Positions 58,084-64,000 of a stretch of DNA of 64,000 nt are shown in pieces. Numbering within the stretch: the stretch's first letter is position 1; every line of letters starts with the position of its first letter. Made by a program: the position numbers and the translations under genes. Location: the NCBI GenBank assembly GCA_963575745.1, contig CAUYUJ010000122.1:1-64000 (forward strand). The letters are read 5' to 3'. Origin of the DNA: Prorocentrum cordatum. Taxonomy: Eukaryota. Below the pieces are notes generated by a model. That model was not told the origin of the DNA and ran no database searches. It saw nothing but the letters and a program-made list of their open reading frames with translations.

Positions 58084-59229
58084 GTGTGGCTTCCTGGCCC
58101 TCCGGGCATGGTGGGTATGTCGCTGTGGGCGTCCCCCAGCCGCGACGTGTGCAATCCGAAGGGCCACGACGAAGAACGCCGCCCCCCCTCCGGCTCGAAG
58201 GCGTTCGCCAGGAGGCTGGCTGCATGCAGGGATCCAGTCGATTTCGTCGTCTTTGCCAACCGCACCTTTGACGTCGTGAAGCCGGCGCGCTGCGCACAGA
58301 CCCGAGCGAGTGCAAGCGAAGACCCGATGCGCCTGAGCGTGTTCTGGACGGTGGGCCCAGGGCTCTACTCGGACGAGGTGATTCGCGAGCAACTGGCGCT
58401 GCTGGACTCGTCCGGCCTGGCTGCCAGAGCGCAGGCACTGAGAGTCGGCGCGCACGACTACTACGGGGCCTCGTGGCAGGACGACGTCGGCCGAGATCTG
58501 CGGCAGAACGCCAGCAGGGCTTACCCGTGGTCTCCCAAGCTCCAGGCCATCAGGCTCGGCTCTGCTTCGGAGGCATGGTGGAGCCAACAGGAGAAGTTCT
58601 TCGAGTTTTATACGCTGGAGGGGCTCTGGTCGCACTGTCAGCAGGCTCGGCAGCCTGACAAGGAGGCTGTGCTGTACATTCACACCAAAGGCAGCACCAA
58701 CGGTAAATCTGCGTGGCGGCACATCATGTCGCATTTCACCGTCCAGCATTTCCAGGATTGCGTCGACCAGCTCCAGTGCGGCGCTAGCACATGTGGATCA
58801 AACTTAGCGAACCCTCTTGGCAAGGCAAAGTGGAACTTCCCACACTACAGCGGCAACTTCTTTTGGGCGCGGTGCGACTACATTCGTTTGCTTCCCAATC
58901 CGCAGCCGAAAAGCAGTGATTTGAGCTTAGCAGGTGGCGGTTGCCCCTATGGGGACCCACCCACTGGACGATACTTGGCTGAATGGTGGCTCATGGGGAG
59001 CAACAGAGACTATACCCAAACTCGTGTCTACAAGAACTGCTGGGGATCTCAGTCCTCGGTGCGGTTCTGCAGAGATGCGCCTTTCAAGGATGTCTGGGCA
59101 TCAGGAAGTCAAACGTGCAATCTCGGACGGAACACTCAGATGGCTCCGTGGGCTTCCCCTTGCTTGGGAGAAGATGGAGTGGTGGAGGGGGGGAAGAGGT
59201 CGAGCTGGAGGAGGAAGAGGGGAGGATGA
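58084..59229 (+). CDS. Large exon encoding an uncharacterised, possibly glycosyltransferase-like domain (YIHTKG ... HYSGNFFW)
   Basis: Non-repetitive 381-aa ORF with FEFYTL..LW, VLYIHTKG, WRHIMSHF, CGSN, HYSGNFFWARCDYIRLLP and RYLAEWW. The function is an inference. Confidence 0.7.
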   Translation: MWLPGPPGMVGMSLWASPSRDVCNPKGHDEERRPPSGSKAFARRLAACRDPVDFVVFANRTFDVVKPARCAQTRASASEDPMRLSVFWTVGPGLYSDEVIREQLALLDSSGLAARAQALRVGAHDYYGASWQDDVGRDLRQNASRAYPWSPKLQAIRLGSASEAWWSQQEKFFEFYTLEGLWSHCQQARQPDKEAVLYIHTKGSTNGKSAWRHIMSHFTVQHFQDCVDQLQCGASTCGSNLANPLGKAKWNFPHYSGNFFWARCDYIRLLPNPQPKSSDLSLAGGGCPYGDPPTGRYLAEWWLMGSNRDYTQTRVYKNCWGSQSSVRFCRDAPFKDVWASGSQTCNLGRNTQMAPWASPCLGEDGVVEGGKRSSWRRKRGG

Positions 59230-62200
59230 TCGGACAGTGCAGGGCGGAGGGGGGAAGATGCACTCTTAGAGTACTTAGGCTGCTTCCCTTACGTGGCCCA
59301 TACTCTGGCTTTGTGGACTGTCCTCAGGACGTTCCACGTTGTGCTGCATCGAGCTGAAGAAGGACCCCTTCATGACCGTGAGTGCATGGCGCCATCCAGA
59401 TTCCGATATGTGAGTGAAGTGGCGCAGGAGGTCAGATATTGTGATCGCCGAGTTCGTCGGCCGTGCACGCCATCTTCAGCCGCTTGTTCACCCGCCAGCC
59501 ACGGACAGGTCAACGTACGACGGTGGGCTGTTCGTTTCAGTGTCTCTCAGCCGGAAGCCGTCGACATTCCGTAGTGCCCCACGAGTGCATCCATGCTTCA
59601 CCTACGCGTAGATGTGTTTCGTGTGCCAATCCAGGCCGCACATGCACGATTACTATTCGTGCGGCCGCCCAGCAACGCCGATATCATACCAATGGGAACG
59701 ATGGGAAGTTGGTCATGCCAAGTCTGATGCGTTGCGTGGGCCAGCAGTGCCTGAGGTGTTCCTTCGTAGGTGAGAGGCGCGCGTCACGAGGCAGAGAAGC
59801 TCCCTCTCATGGCACAAGTGGAATCATGCCTCCTCGTTCCATCTTGCCCTTCTCATCCCCCAGCTTCCTACGTGGCGGTGGGCGCATTGTCCTGCTTCCT
59901 CATTGCCCCCGTCGCCCATTCCCTCGCGATGCGACCGGCACGATCCCACGCAGACTCCTTACCGCGAGAGATGTTCTGGGTAACAGCACGTGCCTGCGAA
60001 GCTCCTCAGCCCCAGCGGTTTCGATCGCAGCTTTCCGTTTAGCCTATCTGGCACGGATCAGCAAATCAATCTTTCTGGCCAAAATGGATTGAACCGCTGT
60101 TCACTGTTCGAGGTCCAGAAATCCAGCTGCCTGCGGCAATTCCCGCCACTGAGCCCAGCACTCGGGGTGGCGATTGGCCAAGAAGAGCACAAGAAGCCGT
60201 AACGTGTGACACCTCGTGCCACGAGGCTGTGTGTGTGGGGGGGGGGCGGTAGACTGTGGTACGCTCTTCCACGTTGTGTCGGGGTGTCTCTCCTCGTGTT
60301 CGTCGTCGTCGTCCTCCCTTCCTCTTCTTCCGTCCTCTCTTGGGGCCTCTTGGGGAATCTGGGGGGCCCTCTGGGCGCATCTTGGGGCTCCTTGGGCTGC
60401 CTTAGAGCGAACTTGGGCAGTCTGTCGCCTTCGAAGTCAGTCTTGGGGTCTTCTGGGCAGCCTTGGGGCCCTCTTGGGACTCTGAAGGGTCGTCTTGGAG
60501 GTCACGTGGGCCTACGTGGGCCCTCTTGGGGAGTCTTGGGGCCGTCTGGAAGGCCGCTTGGGGCATCCTGAGGGCCTCCTTGGGCCATCTTGGGGCCGTC
60601 TTGAAGGCCGCTTGGGACATCCTAAGAGCCTCTTGGGCCGTCTTGGGTTTCTCTGGGACCCCTTGGGCCGCCCTGAGGACGTCTTGGAGGTTTCGTGAGC
60701 CGCCTTGGGCTTACAGAAGTCCGAGAAGGTGAGCACGCGAACATCCGCCAACATCCAACACATCAAGAGTTGTCATGACCTCTGGCTCTGCACGTAGGAC
60801 CCACGAGGGTGATCACCAATGGGTCAGCGCTTAAACCCTCTCCCCCCCCTGCGAGCCGCAGCCCCTGACCCAAGCCGAAGGGAAAACAGGCCGCTGATGG
60901 TCACGCCTGGCCGCCTTCGCGGGCGGGCGCGCGCAAGGCGACGACGCTGCAGTGCAGAGGGGAGGAGGAGGAGGATGAGGAGGAGGAGGAGGAGGAGGCG
61001 GAGGAGGAGGAGGAGGAGGAGGAGGAGAAGGAGGAAGAGTAGGAGGGGGAGGAGAGGAGAGGAAGTAGAGGAGGAGGAGGAGGAGGGGAGGAGGAGGAGG
61101 CGGAGAGGAGGAGGAGGAGGAGGAGAAGGAGGCGGAGGAGGAGGAGGAGGAGGAGGGGGAGAGGAGAGGAGGGAGGAGGAGGAGGAGGAGGAGGAGGGGA
61201 GGAGGAGGAGGAGGAGGGAGGCGGAGGAGGAGGAGGAGGAGGAGAGAGGAGAGGAGGAAGGAGGAGAGAGGAGGAGGAGGAGACGGGGAGACGAAGAGGG
61301 CGCCCGTCAGCGGCAATATCTGTGCCCTAGGCCTCACGCAAAACGCAATTGAATGCACGGTCTCGGAGGAAGAGGGGGAGGACGAGGAGGAGGGAGCAGG
61401 AGAGAACCGGACGACGGAGGAGGTCAGTACGCGGTCGTGGAGTGTGAGCTACCCGACCCCACCGTTGGGCGCACGAGCATTGGCCTGAGGCAAGGAGCGG
61501 GGAAGGAGCGGGGCAGAGAGGGGAGAGAAGAAGAGGAAGTGAAAGAAACGCTACGGGGTCACATCGACGAACGTGACTGCAGAGCACAGAAGGGACAAAG
61601 AGGAGGAGGAGGAGGAGGAGGAGGAGGAGGAGGAGGAAGAGGAGGATGAGAAGGAGGAGGAGCAGGAGGAGCAGGAGGAGGAGGAGGAGGCGGAGGACCA
61701 GTGTAAGCCCCAAGGTCATCAACGATGTTGGCATACACCCTCCCTCCGAGCTCCCTCTTCGCAGGCCCCTACACGGGTTCATTTCCACTGAGGGAACTGC
61801 TTTTTTGGAAGACAACCGATTGAAGATCCGGGAGCATGCCAAAACATTATTCTCGGGATTCCAACGCCACGGATCAATCTGACTGTTGCGTATTCACGAT
61901 CCAGAATTGTGCCAGAACACCATTCTGGGATTTCAACACCGCGAATCAACGTGATTGTTGTACCTTCATAGTGTTGAATCTTTCCAATACGCAAATTCTG
62001 GTACGTTGACCATGGGATTCCGTGACAATCTTGCAATGTTTAAGAAAAATGCGCCGCGCGAAGGCGAGTATCACACTTCGAAAACGAACCGCCCTCAGTC
62101 GGTGAACCCCCTGCAAATTTTGAAAACGAATGTGCGTGGCGCTAAGGCGAGATCCACATCTTGAAAGCGAGCTGAATTCAATCCTTGAAAGTCTAGCACT

Positions 62201-62759
62201 GAAGAAAAATGTGTGCGGCGCTAAGGCGAGAGCCGCATTTTGAAAACGACTCACCCTCAATCCGTGACGCTCCTGAAAATCTGCAAAACGAAAGTGCGCA
62301 CGAAAGTGCGCGGCGCTAAGGCGAGAGCCCCATTTTGAAAACGACCCGCCCTGCATCTTTAAAGCAGTTGCCAACTTTTGAGCTTCAGAGTCATAAATGG
62401 TGAGGCAGTCTCAGGCGAAATGCCCGGCCCGCCCTTTCGACCGGCCTCGGTGTGCGACAGGGAGAAGTTATTTAGAAGGAAATGGAATGGCTGATGGCGG
62501 CCGACAGCTGCTGGAACAGGCGCTTCGCTCTGGTGCCTGGCTCCTCGCCCAGCCGCGCGTCGCGGGCCTGTGCCAGACGTCGGACACTCTCGGCCCCCGT
62601 CGGGCCTCAGCTGCCCGAGGCCTGGGCACAGAGGGGGATGAAGAGAGCCCCCTGCTGCCCACAGAGGGCCTCCGCGTCGAGGTGGTTGCGCTTTTTTGCC
62701 GCCTCGTGCTCGCTGGCAGCGCGCCCCCTCCCTCCGAAAGCTGAGCCCCGGGCAGCCTG

Positions 62760-63969
62760 CCGGAGCAGCAGCAGGCGTGCCTAGGTGCCAGCTCGGGATG
62801 TACACGTCGGTGGGCTCCTCTGGCTCGAACAGTAGCCCGAGCTTGTCGTTTTGCGCCGCCTCCAGGAAGTCCGACGCGCCCGGGAGCTGCTCGGACAAGA
62901 TGTCCGCGCGATCGGTAGCACCGAGGCCCTCGTAGAAGTGACTCTGCCAGTACTCGTCGAGGGCGGCGGAGAAGTTCTTCTTCTTCTTCGTCTTCTTCTT
63001 GGCCCCCTCGAGCGTTTCTGGGGGCTGGGAATGGTAGGCGGCGAGGGCAGCTCCGGCCCGTGCGCGGTCGTCCTCCAGCGCCCAGGTCTACGCCGAGTCC
63101 AGCTTCGCTCAGAGGCGCCGCGTGGCGTCGAGGCTGGCCAAGTATAGAAGCGCCGGCCGAGTGGGCATCCAGCCGCCGCAGCCCCAGGCCGGCGCACGCG
63201 AGCCCCCGAGAGGCCTGGTGCCACTGGGCCTGCGTCAGGTCCGCGGCCAGCAGGCCTCCCGAAGCGGCCCTCGCGTCGTCGTAGCCGCGGAGAGCGCCTG
63301 GGGGGGGGGCGAACAACACAACACAACATCCGAGGGAATCCTTGGGGAATCCTTGAGAATCCCTAGGGGATCCTTAAGAATCCCTAGGGAATCCTTAGGG
63401 AATCCCTAGGGAATCCCTAGGGAATCCTTAGGGAATCCTTAAGGAATCCTTAGGGAATTCCCTAGGGACGCGCTGTAGACAATCTTGCAGGAGGATGGCA
63501 CTGCGGGTGGAGGGCTTCCTGCGTGGCCCAGGCCGGTTCGGCTTTGGAGGCGCGGCGCTCAGTGAACGCCTCCGTGAACGCCGGGTCCCGACTGGCGCCC
63601 CGAGGAGCCAGAAACCGCCCCGCAAGGCCACGCGACAGGCGCTGGTGTCAGAGTCCGTCAGCAGCGGCGCTGGGAAGAGTCGGGCCAAGGCGTCCAGCGC
63701 CCTCTTTAGTCCCTCGCCAGCTCCTCCAGAACAGGGTGCACGGCCAACGAAAAGAAGAGCTGCCCCAGCGGGTCCCTCTGCTGAGCGCCAGCCTGGGGGG
63801 ACAACGCGTGTGAGCCGAAGTGGAGCTGCGAATGTTCCGCGTAGGTCCAGCTCGCCCACTGCTCCAGCTCTGGGAGGCGACCATCCACAGCTCGCAGCTC
63901 TTCGTCCCGCCGCAAGGTGCTGAAGGCGCTCGCAACATCCAGCTTGAGTACAGTGGAAACCCACGCCAA
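62760..63969 (-). mobile_element. Decayed non-LTR retrotransposon (RT plus restriction-like endonuclease type, CRE/R2-like), internally deleted
   Basis: Ordered fragments KLDVASAF, GAQQRDPLGQLFFSLAVHP, LLGAPVG, AGLGLR and PTDVYIPSWHLGTPAA. No YxDD segment, with frameshifts and stops. Confidence 0.85.
63330..63467. repeat. ~11-bp GGGAATCCCTA/GGGAATCCTTA minisatellite interrupting the retroelement
   Basis: Directly visible. Confidence 0.9.
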
Positions 63970-64000
63970 GTCCAGTTTGAGTACAGTGGAAACTAGGAAA

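Noticed and set aside
47611..60087. CCATTTTGGC spliced-leader-like 10-mers at 47611 (+) and 60078 (-)
   Set aside because: Too short. One is just a variant of the local 88-bp repeat unit.
62460..62540. LRR-like peptide YLEGNGMADGGRQLLEQAL
   Set aside because: Single short match, and no partner exons could be assembled.
63330..63467. Interstitial telomere (contains TTAGGG/CCCTA)
   Set aside because: The unit is an ~11-bp quasi-palindrome, not tandem TTTAGGG/TTAGGG.

Overview
GC-rich, intron-rich eukaryotic genomic DNA, inferred to be dinoflagellate (Prorocentrum-like). That inference rests on GC-AG/GA-AG splice junctions, dinoflagellate spliced-leader-like relics, a dinoflagellate-type U6 sequence and very large CCT/TAC/CAT microsatellites. 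Most six-frame ORFs are microsatellite artefacts. Supported genes: (1) a minus-strand multi-exon Pumilio/PUF gene spanning at least 6.6-27.5 kb; (2) an intronless, frameshifted ~1000-codon Cys-rich ORF nested in its 14-kb intron between TAC arrays; (3) a disabled + strand ORF with 72-bp repeats; (4) an intronless AlkB-family 2OG-Fe(II) dioxygenase; (5) a + strand multi-exon membrane-anchored, possibly glycosyltransferase-like gene; (6) a decayed non-LTR retrotransposon. The most notable pattern is that introns are built almost entirely from dispersed repeat elements flanked by short direct repeats (introner-like). One ~225-bp element forms a whole intron in two unrelated genes, an antisense U6 snRNA copy sits exactly between GC...AG splice-like ends, and empty/filled site pairs suggest CCT tracts arrive as blocks. 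All exon models and alignments were read by eye and need RNA-seq confirmation.
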